Positions 63,366-64,000 of a DNA stretch of 64,000 bases are shown here, piece by piece. Under the pieces are notes generated by a model that saw only the letters and a program-made list of their open reading frames with translations, was not told the origin of the DNA and did not search any database. The DNA is taken from NCBI GenBank assembly GCA_044220955.1, contig JBGAQA010000011.1:32001-96000 (forward strand), given 5' to 3'. Position 1 is the first letter of the stretch; the number at the start of each line of letters is the position of its first letter. Both the position numbers and the translations under genes were made by a program. The stretch comes from Sandaracinaceae bacterium. GTDB taxonomy: Bacteria; Myxococcota_A; Polyangia; Polyangiales; Sandaracinaceae.

Positions 63366-63448
63366 CGGTTCCGGAGGGCCCAGCGTGGCACAGGCGCGCG
63401 AGGGCCGAGCAAAACGATCCACGTCTTGTGCCAAGCTTCCCGAGCCGC

Positions 63449-64000
63449 TCACCTGTCGCGAGGCCAGAGCTGCTCGAGCGGGACGAGCCCGTAGGTGAGG
63501 CCCGATCCCGTGTCCACCCAGCGCTCGACCATCAGTCGAACCCGGGTGGGCTCGTCGCTGATGCGCGTGGCGGTGATGCCGTGGAGCTGACACCCGATGC
63601 CGCAGCTCCCGAACACGCTGCTTCGCTCCGTGAGCACCGGATTGCCGGGGAAGGTGCGGAACGCGGGAGGGGTCCCGTCGGGCGCGCCGGCTGGAGGCGT
63701 GCCCTCGACGTACAGCACCACCGTATCGGAGGTCGTCGGGCGCGCGGTCAGCCAGAGGCGGTAGGTCGGTGTGTGTGTCGAGCTCGCCGTGTCCAGGTAG
63801 TCGTAGACGACGCCTGCCACGTCGGTGACGCCCTGCTGGGCGAGGGCTCCGAGCTGGTCGGGACCGAGCTCGATGCCGGGCAGTCGCGACGCGTTGCTGC
63901 CGTCGAAGCGTGCAGCGTGGACGACCGGCGGGAACGAGTCGCAGACGTAGAGCAGCAGCCAGTCGGTCGACCGGGGCATCGGGAGCAGCAGCGGGTTCCG
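63449..64000 (-). CDS. Hypothetical protein, C-terminal part (5' end beyond window)
   Basis: Open frame with coding-like composition (YRLWL, FPGNPVL propeller-like blade). Confidence 0.55.
   Translation of the reverse strand, partial: RNPLLLPMPRSTDWLLLYVCDSFPPVVHAARFDGSNASRLPGIELGPDQLGALAQQGVTDVAGVVYDYLDTASSTHTPTYRLWLTARPTTSDTVVLYVEGTPPAGAPDGTPPAFRTFPGNPVLTERSSVFGSCGIGCQLHGITATRISDEPTRVRLMVERWVDTGSGLTYGLVPLEQLWPRDR

Overview
Very GC-rich bacterial chromosomal window, most likely from a myxobacterium (Myxococcota, Polyangiales/Sandaracinus-like). The evidence is MYXO-CTERM-type C-terminal anchors, many Cys-rich lipoproteins, FG-GAP and MopE-like repeat proteins, and a Hanks-type kinase. About 55 CDS can be supported. 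Recognisable housekeeping and metabolic genes are rnhA, typA, a KamA-family radical SAM enzyme, rimK (with an extra RCK_C domain), a RluA-family synthase, pcnB, a ClpB-like chaperone, lrp-gltB-gltD and ltaE. They are interspersed with many exported or surface proteins. No rRNA, tRNA, CRISPR array, transposase or integrase was seen. Most very long ORFs in the track are GC-driven antisense or shadow ORFs. The best candidate for an undescribed system is a three-gene cassette at 32850-34140: an exported micro-protein with three GSPCC repeats, an ECF sigma factor, and a membrane anti-sigma-like protein whose loop also carries three vicinal Cys-Cys pairs. It is proposed as a thiol/heavy-metal sensing module. 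Other notable items are a modular family of MYXO-CTERM-anchored putative peptidoglycan hydrolases with swapped catalytic heads, a ClpB paralog with a degenerate first ATPase domain, a stand-alone Tat-like DxDPxDP repeat micro-protein, and a pseudokinase-like domain fused to a PhnD-like binding domain. All calls come from motif reading by eye; no database searches were run, and start codons are my best choices.
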